From the NCBI GenBank assembly GCA_965197925.1, contig CBDAOC010000020.1, forward strand, positions 928,001 through 992,000: 64,000 nt of DNA, read 5' to 3'. The DNA is from Nitrososphaerales archaeon. GTDB lineage: Archaea; Thermoproteota; Nitrososphaeria; Nitrososphaerales; UBA213. How positions within the stretch are numbered: the stretch's first letter is position 1; each line of letters starts with the position of its first letter. Positions 10,141 to 21,272 of this stretch are shown piece after piece. The translations under genes and the position numbers were made by a program. The notes under the pieces are model-generated. The model ran no database searches and had not been told where the DNA came from. It worked only from the letters and a program-made list of their open reading frames with translations.

Positions 10141-11318
10141 ATACGTCCCCCAATGGGGAGACAAACCTTTCCTGTGAACTTTAGCGGAGCTTCATTATCC
10201 TAGGATACTGTTTTGACGAGGAAGGTACCTCAATAGAGGAAAGAAGAATTTAGATTTGTTTATTGTATTGTAACCGAAATTAATTTTGTCAGGAATTTTT
10301 CTAATAGTTAAATCCACTTGATCCATAAACTAAAGATTATGAACCTGTGAAATCATCTCCCACTGATAGTAATGTTGTACATGCTTTATGAACGCAATAT
10401 TTACATGAATACATATCTTACTATTTCTCTTTGTTCATGAGCCAACATATTGTATATTCCCGAGTAGTTTATTTCTAAATAAGACGCGCCGCTTGGACTA
10501 GATGATCACCGCCATCCAATCACAAATTGGTATCGTTCACAGAATTACGGTAAGGGCAAGTTGTTGATGCAATAAATGGGATGTGTGACAAATGATGTTG
10601 GTAATCGGAATACCAGAAGAATTATCTATTTTTCAGTATCTTCACAAGAATGGCTTTATTGCCATTTAGTTATTTTATCCTTCCTTCGTGCTTTAGATCC
10701 GATAATATTTTCTTTAAGGTATCGTAATCAACATTAACTTCATTCAGAATCCTCGCATGGTCTATATTTCCATGCTTCTTAATAATTCTCGCGACAATCT
10801 GCTTCTTTTTGAGATATATCCTATCCATACCCACAAATTAGATTGGTGATAAATAAAGATCAGGTGGAAAATTTATTTAATCATCTTTTCTAGCATATAG
10901 AGAAAATTCATTCACTTTTCAATTACAAAAGGGGAGAGGTTACATGAAGAGTATCAAATAATTGATCCTATTCGTAAGTCATTCCAACCAATTGCAAAAT
11001 AAAATTCGCGACTTGCTTTATTTACGACCCAAATTAACGGTTAACAAGCAATCAAGTTACGTACAGAATGCAATAGAGGTTACAAATAGTTGATCATAGA
11101 CAATTTATGGACCACATGGGCCATGACAACAGGAAAGTGATGCTAAAATTGCAGCCACTGAGAGATGGGTTAAAAGGCCAAGGTACGACTAATTACCGGG
11201 ATCTTTGAACCATAAGATACCAATGTCCAAGGAGTTGAAATATTGTGGAGAAACCAAGTATTTTTTCATCATTCTCTTTTGTTCCCCTTCGAGGAGGTGG
11301 ATTATTTTTTTCTTCAAA

Positions 11319-11919
11319 TCACTTTACCGTAACCTTACCCTCCATCCATGGGTGAACCACACAGTAATATGGGTATTGTCCTTCCTTTTCAAAAGTGACA
11401 GTAAATGTAGTTCCACCACTACTAGGAGTAAACTCTTCAGGGAATAGCTAACCCGAATTAACGTATTTCTCACTGCCGTTCAGAACATATTTTTTGTTTG
11501 GTCCAAGATAGTTCACTTTGTCTTTTGAATCAATCACAACTGAGCTCCATGATCTTGAATTCAAGGCCACCAGAGTATCCATTTCTCCCTCACCTGGTAT
11601 CACCATAGCTTCACTGTTAAAATCTGTAAGTGAAGGCATCAATTGCATAGATCTTGGTATAAGCCGCCAAGTTCGTTCCATCTGGAAGACTATTTCTGTC
11701 CATGACGAATGTAACTGTATGTGGCTCCGCCACCTTACCTACTTTGCTTACGAAATTTACACTTTCCCCAACTTTAACCTCTATATTTTTTGGGAAGAAT
11801 GCTATCCTTTGAATGGTAGGACTGCCCCAGCCTACGTACACTTCGTTAGCTTCTCTAGATTCAAAGAAACCTTTACCACCTTTTGAATATGGTTCTTTGC
11901 TGTACACATTTTCCATCAC
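11319..11919 (-). pseudogene. Cupredoxin (plastocyanin-like) gene with one frameshift (~11680) and an in-frame TAG (11448-11450)
   Basis: EPHTVTF in the first frame; YVNSG*LFP...YYCVVHPWMEGKVTVK (type-1 Cu ligands) in the second frame. Confidence 0.85.
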
Positions 11920-11931
11920 TTCGCCTCCTGC

Positions 11932-13299
11932 CTAAGTCACTATCACCCTACCGGTCATCCAAGGATGTAGTGTACAAACATAATCGAACGTTCCTCCCTT
12001 TTCAAATGTATAAGTAAAAATATCCCCAGGCTTCATAATTGCGGAGTCAAATATTTCATCTATGTTGGTTACCGTATGAACGGCTGAATCATCGTTGGTC
12101 CATGTTACAGTATCTCCTAAATTAACACGTATCTTTTCAGGTTCGAAAGTTATACGCAATGATGCCTTTGCCGAGTCAACCGGTGCCGAGACCATTGTGC
12201 TCTCAATTATGTCTGTCTTACCCTCTCCATTTTCACCCTCGTTGTAAACAGATTTTTTTGGCGTACTCACTTGCCCATCTGGATCTTCCGCCTGCAATTC
12301 CTTGAGCAGGTCTTCTTGCCAGCCTATCATACTGATGGACTTTGTTATAGATACATCCAATCCATCCATTGCATCTCCAGGCGCTTCTGTGACATCAAAG
12401 TAACCTAACGTTCCTTTCTCTTCAGGCGTTCCATGTATGTGGAAAAGATACCTGCCTTCCCATGGCCACGTTGCCTCAAAGATAGCAGTATCACCTGCTG
12501 ACACGGCATACGTCATTACCTTCAGAGGAGGATTTTGCCACAAACCAGCTGGCCATGCTTTGAAAGTCGTGCCATGTATATGAAATCCCCATGCAGGTGA
12601 GGCACTTATATTGGTGAAATAGATCCTAACGGTCTCATTCACTCTAGCAGGAAGTGGGTTGGACATATACTGGTCCACGTAACCATTGAGCATCACATAC
12701 TGGGGTGTCTCCGTCATCTGATCTTGTGTATCGTACTCTCCCATAACAAGCATGTACTCACGCGCCGCTTCCAACGGTGTCTTCGGATCGATTATGAATG
12801 CCCCATACATCCCGTTGCGTATATGCAGTGTTACTGGCATCACATGGCAATGGTACATCATTGCACCCGCAGGCGTTGCTATGAAATCATAAGTGAAGGT
12901 TTCATTAGGTAGAACTTCTTCGAAAACGCCATCGTTTATAGAATTATGATCACCGTGGAAGTGTATTGTATGTGTGGTTGTTGAGTTGTTTATGAAATGC
13001 GTTATAACACGATCGCCCTCAGTAACCCTTACAGTAGGTCCTGGTATCGTACCGTTATATGCCCATGCCAAAACCCGGACTCCAGGAGCTATCTCAACTG
13101 TAGTTTCCTTCATAACCATTGTATATTCATGTGTTTCAGGAGCGCTTGTTTGTATACCTTCGACTTCATTCCCCACAGAAAGAGGAGTTACATCGTTGGA
13201 ATAATTCAAAATACCTTGATTCACATTCAATAAAGTTATTCCAGTAATGGTAACTGCAGCGATTATAACAGCTAAGTACACTTGGGACTTTCTTATCAT
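11932..13299 (-). CDS. Two-domain multicopper oxidase (NirK/2dMCO-like) fused to a C-terminal blue-copper domain, N-terminally anchored
   Basis: HTIHFHG and YHCH..H....MYG in domain 1; FHIHG twice in domain 2; C-terminal HTVT...YVCTLHPWMTG. Confidence 0.9.
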   Translation of the reverse strand: MIRKSQVYLAVIIAAVTITGITLLNVNQGILNYSNDVTPLSVGNEVEGIQTSAPETHEYTMVMKETTVEIAPGVRVLAWAYNGTIPGPTVRVTEGDRVITHFINNSTTTHTIHFHGDHNSINDGVFEEVLPNETFTYDFIATPAGAMMYHCHVMPVTLHIRNGMYGAFIIDPKTPLEAAREYMLVMGEYDTQDQMTETPQYVMLNGYVDQYMSNPLPARVNETVRIYFTNISASPAWGFHIHGTTFKAWPAGLWQNPPLKVMTYAVSAGDTAIFEATWPWEGRYLFHIHGTPEEKGTLGYFDVTEAPGDAMDGLDVSITKSISMIGWQEDLLKELQAEDPDGQVSTPKKSVYNEGENGEGKTDIIESTMVSAPVDSAKASLRITFEPEKIRVNLGDTVTWTNDDSAVHTVTNIDEIFDSAIMKPGDIFTYTFEKGGTFDYVCTLHPWMTGRVIVT

Positions 13300-13368
13300 A
13301 ATTATCTACAAAAATCAGGGTAATATTAATGAACGATCCTTCGGAAACGAGGGTGATGCAATTTCAAA

Positions 13369-13416
13369 ACTGAGCTTATCTAAGATAAGTTTACTGAGCT
13401 TATCTAAGATAAGTTT
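13369..13416. promoter_or_regulatory. Tandem 2 x 24-bp repeat, each with palindrome CTTATCT-A-AGATAAG; possible operator of the multicopper oxidase gene
   Basis: ACTGAGCTTATCTAAGATAAGTTT twice, 70-117 bp upstream of the ATG at 13299. Confidence 0.5.
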
Positions 13417-13701
13417 AAGCCTTGAAGTATAGAAAATGAGAACAATACCATTTCTTATATTACGAGAATCCTATCAGGTTCAAATTATAGTTTTCCATAA
13501 TACCTTGCCATATGTAAATTAAAATTCCAAGAATTACCAGAAATTAAGAAAGAATCATCTAAAAATATCCATAGATTATTCTTAATATGACTTGTCAAAT
13601 CTTCGTTTATACTATACTCACCGTGGCAGCCGGTTTGGGCCGTGTTAATTTAGGTTACGTAATTCAAATGATTTTATATTTCAAAAAATGGAAAAGTGAT
13701 G

Positions 13702-13977
13702 TTAACGTTTCCGCGCAGTGATAGTGTGTGTTTTTCCCACATACCATCTTATGGTATCTTTAAAGCTTGACCACCAGTCAAAAAAGGCATCGCTATTGTC
13801 TGCCTCAAAAAGCAAGAACCCATTGTACTCAGTTCCCCATGCATGGTCATATTCACCAGCCAGCCTAATTCCTGATGGTAGCTTATTCTTTAGTTCATGC
13901 CATTCTGAACCAGCTTTCAGAGCCTCATCTTTGCTCATTGTCTTGAATCTATAAAAAACTAGGAATGTAGTCGTCAT
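13702..13977 (-). CDS. Small hypothetical protein, possibly ferredoxin-like (GYD-like) fold
   Basis: 91 aa with beta-alpha-beta pattern (GIRLAGEYDHAWGTEYNGFLLFEA); TATA-like sequence upstream. Confidence 0.6.
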   Translation of the reverse strand: MTTTFLVFYRFKTMSKDEALKAGSEWHELKNKLPSGIRLAGEYDHAWGTEYNGFLLFEADNSDAFFDWWSSFKDTIRWYVGKTHTITARKR

Positions 13978-14122
13978 ATACGACACTTCTATTTACTGAT
14001 ATTAATAATTTTTCATCACTTTCCTCCGTATACATCATATCATAATTTCACTCAATCTATACATTTCAGGTATTACCTTGTTGGCCAACTTTCTGTTGTA
14101 TTTCACGACAAGTCTGAATATT

Positions 14123-15002
14123 CAACTGATCCCAAAACTGATCATTTAGTGAATAATTGACGATCATTTGGATCTATTTGCAATGCTGCCCGTAGCAGAT
14201 CATGAAATTTCAGGAGATAACAGGTGAACAATGGAAGATGATATCACCGCATCTCCCCAAGCCAGCCAGAACCGGAAGGCCAAGGGCAGACGACAGAAAG
14301 ACAGTCAACGGAATCCTGTTTGTCGGGATAACAGGATGCAGGTGGACTGGGATGTCACAAAGGTACGGCTCCAAATCAACTGCGCACCGCAGACTGCAGA
14401 ACTGGCAGCGACGTGGAATATGGAAGAATATCCTCTCCGCTGCAGTCAAATCAGCCCACAGATCAGGCAAGATGCAGCTGCAAAAAACGGTCGATTCGTC
14501 ATCAGTTCCGGCCAAAAAAGGGGAAGCGTCATAGGATACAACGGATTCAACAGGATTTCAGGCACAAAAATACACGTTGCGGTGGAACAAAACGGACTGC
14601 CAGTCTCAGTAGTGATGGGTCCTGCAAATCAGCATGACTCTGCAAGATTTGTAGACGTGATGGATGGCATCTCACAATATCTGGATGAGAGATCTATCAG
14701 AAAAATTGCGCGGTGCCAAGCAGACAAGGGCTATGATGCAGAATTCATCAGGAAATACCTCACCAAAAGAAAAATCTCTGACTGCATACCTTACAGAAAA
14801 AACAGTAAGACACAACAACAAAATGATAATACAGAACAATACCTATACGGCAAGACGCGCTATGTTGTGGAGAGATTCTTTGCCTGGTTGAAGAATGGGT
14901 TCCACAGAACCAGGATCAGATATGAGAAGAATGCACAAAACTATCTGGCATTTGTTATCATTTCGTCGATTATGATGTATTGGAGAGTATTGGGATGACT
15001 TC
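14123..15002 (+). mobile_element. IS5-family element, apparently intact (orfA 14202..14534 plus -1 frame orfB to 14998)
   Basis: Imperfect terminal repeats CAACTGATCCCAAAAC / GTATTGGGATGACTTC, target duplication ATT, slippery AAAAAAG at ~14514, intact VDSS, ADKGYD and RYVVERFF motifs. Confidence 0.92.
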
Positions 15003-15800
15003 ATTATATAAACTCAAAAGTCGGACTTTACTAGTTTATATTAACAAGTGTTTACTTGCAGTCAGTTGCACTGTATACGCGAATGATAAATAACAATATT
15101 ACCCTAATTCAGTCAGATTGAATGACTATGATTACTGTTCAAGGTGTGGTAGACTTTATGACTATCTAGATTTGAAACCTTACAATTTAAATTGGTTCTG
15201 TAAGAGGTGTTACAAGGAAAGGGTGACGGTGGATTCTATAGCAATAGGCGGGGCTCCAACCAACTGAAGAGTTAAAGACCGTGATGAGTTGAAGAGTTTG
15301 GTTCATTTAATATTCTATTAGCCTATAATTATCTTCTCATAGAGAACAAACAACACTTGCCCCATACCAGAACAAAATCTCCATATGAAGTGATAGAGAG
15401 GAATAAGATGGCGGGTTATCAATGGGTTTCCTGTTTCAGGATCAATGAATATTTGGTAGACAGATCCAAGATAGCATTAGGTATCGTTCACTCGCTTTGG
15501 AGGAACAATTATTGATAAAGGACTTTACAGGGTTTTTCTATGGTAAGTAGGTTGGTTACAGCTGGTATAATTGCTGGAGTAATAATTACGACTGCCATTT
15601 CAGCGTTGTCTATTTTCAAGATGCCAACAATTCTAACACACAAACATCACGGCTGATAGAAAAAGTTACACTAACGGCTATACTGAGCCAAAAGGAAGAT
15701 GGGTATTCTTTTCGATGATTCGTTACAGGAGTTGAAAAGTCACACAATTGGAAATTGAAATATGTTGGAAGATCCTAGAATTATTCTACAAGCCGTCAAT

Positions 15801-17748
15801 TTAAGCTGGATTATCTAATGCTTGTATTGAATCTGGATTTTCTAAACTGGATAGGTCGCCCAGTTCAGTTTTCAATATCTTTGCTCTTATCAGCCTTCTA
15901 ACTATCTTTCCGGTTCTGGTTTTTGGTAGATCCCCAACGATCTTCACATCTTCTGGCTTTGAGATTTTTCCTATCCGATCTGCAACATATGTCTTCAATT
16001 CTTGTTTTATAGATTCATAAGAACTGCATTCTTGCTTAAGCACGATATAAAGAATAATGGCTTCGCCCTTTAGCTCATGCGGTATGCCTATAGCAACAGC
16101 TTCCAAAACTGCTGGATGTTGTGAAAGAACAGCTTCTATTTCTGCACTGCTTATCCTATGGCCAGCAACCTTGATAACATCATCTATCCTGCTATATAGA
16201 TACCACAAGCCGTCCGAATCGTTCACAGCCCAATCACCATGAAGCCAAACATCATCATACTTTGACCAATAGGTCTTGATATAACGATCTGGCTTACCCC
16301 ATAATCCCCGGGTCATTCCTGGCCATGGTTTCTTGATCACCAGATAGCCCGTTACTCCTCTCACAGATTTACCAGATTCATCAAATACGTCAACATCAAA
16401 ACCCGGAACTGGTCAGCCAACTGTGCTGGGCTTTAATGACAATATTGGTAAGGGGCTGAGTATTGCACCGTCCACTTCTGTTCCACCTGAAAGATTCATA
16501 ATTGGACATCTTGATTTTCCCACCTTTTCAAAGAACCAGTTCCATTCATCCGGATTTAAAAGTTCACCGGTTGATGCAAGGATCCTCAAAGTATCCAATC
16601 TATAATTTCTTAAAGATTTATCATACTTCATGAATAGACGAATAACTGTAGGAGATGCACCGAATATGGTAAACCTTATGATCATCAATCATACGAAACC
16701 ATCTATCTGGCTCTGGGTAATTAGGAGCTCCATCGTATACCAATGCAGTGCTTCCTAGTATAAGCGAACCATAAACCGTCCATGTCTGCCCCGTTATCCA
16801 ACCAATATCTGCAGGCCAAAAAAGTAGATCACTGTCTTTTAGATCAATAAGATAAGCTGTTTGCTGTGCAGCAAAAACTGTGAAACTTCCTTGAACATGC
16901 AATGTACCTTTCGGCTTTCCCGTTGTTCCTGAAGTGTAAAGAATAAAAAGTGGATCTTCAGAATCCATAATTTCACAACTACATTCGCTTGATTGTTCAT
17001 CAACAATTTTATCATGCCATAGATCTCTTCCATCAATCCATTTAATATCGTTCTTAGCATACCTGTACACGATAACCTTACTTACAGTCAGGCATGAAGC
17101 CAACGCTTCATCGGCACAATTCTTTAAATCTACTAGACATCCTCTTCTGTAGTAACCATCTGCGGTAATTAGCAACTTTGCCCCCGAATCGTTGAGCCTT
17201 CCAGCTAGAGAGGCAGCACTGAAACCAGAGAAAACTACACTATGTATTGCACCAATCTTTGAACATGCAAGTATGGATACCAAAGCTTCAGGAATCATAG
17301 GCATGTAAATTCCTACTACATCACCCTTACAAATGCCCAATATCTTTAGAGCATTAGCAAGTTTATTGGTCATAACATAAAGGTCAGAGTATGAAATTTC
17401 CCGTTTAAATCCATTCTCTCCTTCCCATATGTAGGCAAGTTTTTCTTTTCTCCATGTCTTCATGTGTCTGTCTAAGCAATTGTATACGATATTGCATTTT
17501 CCGTTAACGAACCACTTCGCCCACGGGTTACCATTTGAGGTATCAAGAACCCGCGAATATGGTTTGAACCAATCTATATTAAGATCTTTATTTACAGCAT
17601 CCCAATACCATTCTATGTTATCAGAAGATCTATTGATCAGTTCATCGTAACCCGTTATTGAATTCTTGTCCATAAATCGCTTGATGTTGCTCATATCTAC
17701 AGTCTCCTTGGAAGGTCTAAAGGCTATGCCGGAATGTTTGTGCGTCAC
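15801..17748 (-). pseudogene. acs: AMP-forming acetyl-CoA synthetase, +1 frameshift (~16670) and in-frame TGA (16413-16415)
   Basis: YTSGTTGKPKG, DIGWITG, WLHGD and LPKTRTGKIVRR motifs spread over three ORF pieces. Confidence 0.88.
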
Positions 17749-17863
17749 AGGTATAATTAATATATAACTAGATATAGAAGTTATCCGAATTTTACAATCG
17801 TCATATAAATTTCCTCCAACCTTTGTTAAATATTATAATAGATGACTGTCTTTGTAAATAGAA

Positions 17864-18542
17864 GCGGTGTCGACAATTTTCTAAAATATAAGATTCTGGG
17901 ATTTGCAACCTGCTGCCTATGGCTTACTGTTTTTCTTGACAATCACACATCAGAGAAGTTGAGATGGGGGTTGATTTTTTAGGTCTCCTTAGTTACCCTC
18001 GTTGCAACTATCTCTTTGCTTTCCTTATCCACCACTATATGCATCTTGATGAATCCCCTTACATACCACTTTTCCCTCAACAATTCTCCCTTGTTTGCTA
18101 CCTTTGTACCGGTGGAATCTACAGCTATTACAATAACATCCTCCTTCATAATTGATGGGTCTATCTTAACATCCATCTTCGCTACCCTCCATGCTATGCT
18201 TGTATAGTCAGGTGTATGCAAACCTCCAACATGTTTTGTTAATACCTTTGTGAATTCTTCTAACTGCCTGTATGGTAGCAGGTAAGCATGCACAACAGAA
18301 AGCATCACTAGGAATGATTCTGGATACACGAATGGCTTGCCTACTTTACCTTCATTCATTCTTGCAAGCTCATTAGGCCATGAATCTATGAAATCCATAT
18401 CAAGAAGTATCTCTCCCCTTCTTATAGCTGCCTTATTGTACCCTTTCCAGGTCATATCAGCCATAAATCTCAATGATAATAACTGATCGAAATCTCATTC
18501 CATCAAACATTCATGATCTTCTGGTTAATTATTCGACACAGC
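17864..18542 (-). mobile_element. IS5-family (IS903-like) element, internally deleted
   Basis: ORF 17979..18473 with YRQLE, PDYTSI, AVDSTG and FIKMHI motifs. Imperfect terminal repeats GCGGTGTCGACAATT / rc GCTGTGTCGAATAATT. Confidence 0.8.
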
Positions 18543-18596
18543 AATAATAGCAGAAAAGTTATATACATCAATTCCATTTTTCTAAATCAGATTAAT

Positions 18597-18953
18597 ATGA
18601 AAAAGCCTACAGTTTATGGTCTGATTGTGGCTGTTTTGCTAGTTGCGGGTTCAGCTGGCTCAGTTTGGGCTCAGTATGGTGCAGGTTCAGGACAAATAGC
18701 AACACCGGAACAGGTTAAAGAATGCCAGCAACTGGGAATACCAGAGGTTACTTGCACGGAGACTAGTCTCCTTGCAAAGAGGAGAATGGTATCAGCAGGT
18801 CAGACAGGAGCATATGGTTCTGGTACGTCTATGATTAGTAAGACATTTGGCGAGATGGGTGTGGTCTTAGGAGCACTTGCTGCAATCTTTGGGGTAGTAG
18901 CGATCGTATTCTTTGCTAAAAGTAGAGTAGGAAAGGAAGCAGAAACAAAGTAA
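18597..18953 (+). CDS. amoZ: Probable ammonia monooxygenase subunit AmoZ
   Basis: Signal peptide (…VWA|QY), extracellular pair of Cys, single C-terminal TM helix, position next to amoB; BRE/TATA-like GAAAAGTTATATA at 18553. Named from architecture and synteny only. Confidence 0.65.
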   Translation: MKKPTVYGLIVAVLLVAGSAGSVWAQYGAGSGQIATPEQVKECQQLGIPEVTCTETSLLAKRRMVSAGQTGAYGSGTSMISKTFGEMGVVLGALAAIFGVVAIVFFAKSRVGKEAETK

Positions 18954-19058
18954 AACCTTCCTTACTTTTTGTTTTAAGAAATTTGTGTCTCCTATCATAT
19001 TCATAAGAATAAAGTATAAGAGATGCAGAAATGTATATATTCATGCAGGGGGAGCACT

Positions 19059-19337
19059 ATGTCAATGATTGGTATAATCGGGTTGGTTTCGTGGATTAGT
19101 TCCTCCTTAACAGACATGGCTGGACAGATAGGTCCTGTATACGATCCACTGTTCTATGATGTAATGGTGTACATATTTGGTACGATGGTTTTCGCGGTAT
19201 TCTTACTGGGCGTTATCTCATTCTGGTTAAGAAGAAAAGGGCTAGGCGGTACGGCAAAGGAGAAGTGGGTTGAGGAACTTGAGAAGCACTATGAAAGAGA
19301 AGGCGTCGGCCTTATACCAGAAGAGTCTAGGAAGTAA
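19059..19337 (+). CDS. amoY: Probable ammonia monooxygenase subunit AmoY (alternative start ATG 19116)
   Basis: Small single-TM protein with basic then acidic tail, between putative amoZ and amoB. Named from architecture and synteny only. Confidence 0.6.
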   Translation: MSMIGIIGLVSWISSSLTDMAGQIGPVYDPLFYDVMVYIFGTMVFAVFLLGVISFWLRRKGLGGTAKEKWVEELEKHYEREGVGLIPEESRK

Positions 19338-19387
19338 GAAACGTCTACACTTTCTTTTTCTATTTTGCTTAAGATTTGCGTTACTAA

Positions 19388-20369
19388 GCCTTGTTGCATA
19401 ACTAACCGATTGTTCTACCAATCCAGCTTTAGATCATAACATTTTCTGTCATTTCATGAATTGGAAAACATAGAATTATTCACTAATAAGTAGAGGTGAG
19501 ATTATCATGTCATTTGACGTGATGGGTTCCCGGAAGACAGAACTAGATGGGATGAACAAGGGAAAGAAAGGAAGACAATACCAGAATCCTTCATGAAATT
19601 ACTGGGATATGCATGTGCATATATTGTATAGTCATACAGACAAACCCAAGGAATGGTACAGGCACATTGTTCCATGTGTATTCCCAGGGCACCAAACTGC
19701 ATCTCCATCAACAGTAGCATCAATAAACTAGACATCAACGTCAATCCAAATATAGGAAAGGATGTTGTCATTGCCATTGATTCTACAGGTATCATAGCTA
19801 ACCGTGGAGAGTAGATGAGACACAAATGGAAATCAAGGCGAGGATTTCTCAAGATACATGTGGACGTTGACATCAAAACCAAGAAGATAATATCATACAA
19901 AATTACCGATGAGCATTCTCATGATGCTCAACATCTTCCTTCTCTTGTGAAACAAGCTTCCAATAAGTTCCAGATTACAAAGGTGCTGGCGGACGGTGCA
20001 TATGATTCCATGAATAATTTCTCATGTCTATATCACAAGGGTATAATTCCAGCAATACGTGTGAGAAAGAATTCAACTGGTAAGGTAACAGGTTGTTATT
20101 CAAGAAAGATATCTTTGATATCGCAGCTGACCAATTACAATTACTGGAAGGATAGCGTAAGCTATGGGCACCGTTGGATTATGGAATCCGTGTTCTCATC
20201 ATTCAAGAGAATGTTTGGAGAACATGTTATGGCTCACAAGACAAAAAATATGATAAAAGAATTGGAACTGAAGATATCGCTGTATAACTTGTTTGTAAGT
20301 ATTTGAACAAGCAAAAAACAAAACAAGTTATTACAATCTCATCAAGACGAATTAGATATGCAACGAGGC
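19388..20369 (+). mobile_element. IS5-family (IS903-like) element, transposase degraded; sits between amoY and amoB
   Basis: Terminal repeats GCCTTGTTGCATA / TATGCAACGAGGC; AIDSTG, FLKIHV, ADGAYDS and RWIMESVFS motifs; in-frame TAG at 19812. Confidence 0.9.
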
Positions 20370-20446
20370 AGTTAACATTTCTTAACAATGTTTAGAACTC
20401 AACATTATCTTTACTTAAATTAAGGAAAAAAGGGTGTGTGGAATGT

Positions 20447-21004
20447 TTAGATCACTTGCCAGGGCCTTGTCACTAATGATACTCCTAGTCCTACTGCAAT
20501 GATTATAGATTGATATATTACATTACCAGTTGAAACAGGTTTCACTATTGGTTCTCCTGATACAACAACCGTTTGGCCAGGACCTAGACCTGGACCTATG
20601 TTCGCAACATTAAGTTGTGTATGCAGGTGATATAAACCCGGTTCAAGTGCTTTGACTCTCAATACGTAATCTATCTCGCCATTTGCAGGAATATCGAATA
20701 CGTTTCCAGGTGGGTCTCTTGAAATGAACTCCCATCTATTACCAGCATTGGTGGAATCACTGAATATAGAGAGCCAAGCCCTCGAATCTCTATTAATCAG
20801 ACTTACCAGCTTTCCTCTAACCTCTATTATCTCCCCAGTTTGAACCGTTTGAGCAGAGAAGGTCTCATCAGTGATCCTGATGAATCTACTCTGGAGTTGA
20901 GCCTGCACACCATGTCCCCACGCATTTTCTATTACTACTGTAGCAATGCTAAATACCAATACCACAGCAAGACTTGACATTATTACCGCCTTGCCTGTCT
21001 TCAT
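20447..21004 (-). CDS. amoB: Ammonia monooxygenase subunit B
   Basis: Signal peptide then HGVQAQLQSRF, YHLHTQLNVA..GPGLGPG, C-terminal TRPWQVI. Confidence 0.97.
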   Translation of the reverse strand: MKTGKAVIMSSLAVVLVFSIATVVIENAWGHGVQAQLQSRFIRITDETFSAQTVQTGEIIEVRGKLVSLINRDSRAWLSIFSDSTNAGNRWEFISRDPPGNVFDIPANGEIDYVLRVKALEPGLYHLHTQLNVANIGPGLGPGQTVVVSGEPIVKPVSTGNVIYQSIIIAVGLGVSLVTRPWQVI

Positions 21005-21272
21005 TAATCCTTAAGCACAAGGTACAAAGATATATATTTTATCTTCATAAAATTTTTATTTATAACTCGATTAGAATAATTGTCTAATGTATAACTTCAA
21101 TGTTTATCATCGATGTTCATTTTTACAGTGTTGAAATTTAGCAGTTATTGGAACTAATTTATTCAAATTGCTTCTAATTAGTAGGTGTACTAATGAAATA
21201 AATCTATTTTTCATTAAAGATTTAAATGGTAACCCTATTATACCAGAAAGACGATTCTAAGTTTGAGTAAAT

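Noticed and set aside
9403..10164. Minus-strand Pro/Ser/His-rich ORFs
   Set aside because: Antisense shadows of the plus-strand Gly/Asp RTX repeats.
11932..13299. Naming the gene nirK
   Set aside because: HxH motifs in both domains fit a two-domain multicopper oxidase at least as well; a phylogeny is needed.
16413..16415. Selenocysteine TGA in acs
   Set aside because: Not a Cys position as far as I can tell, and the gene also has a frameshift.
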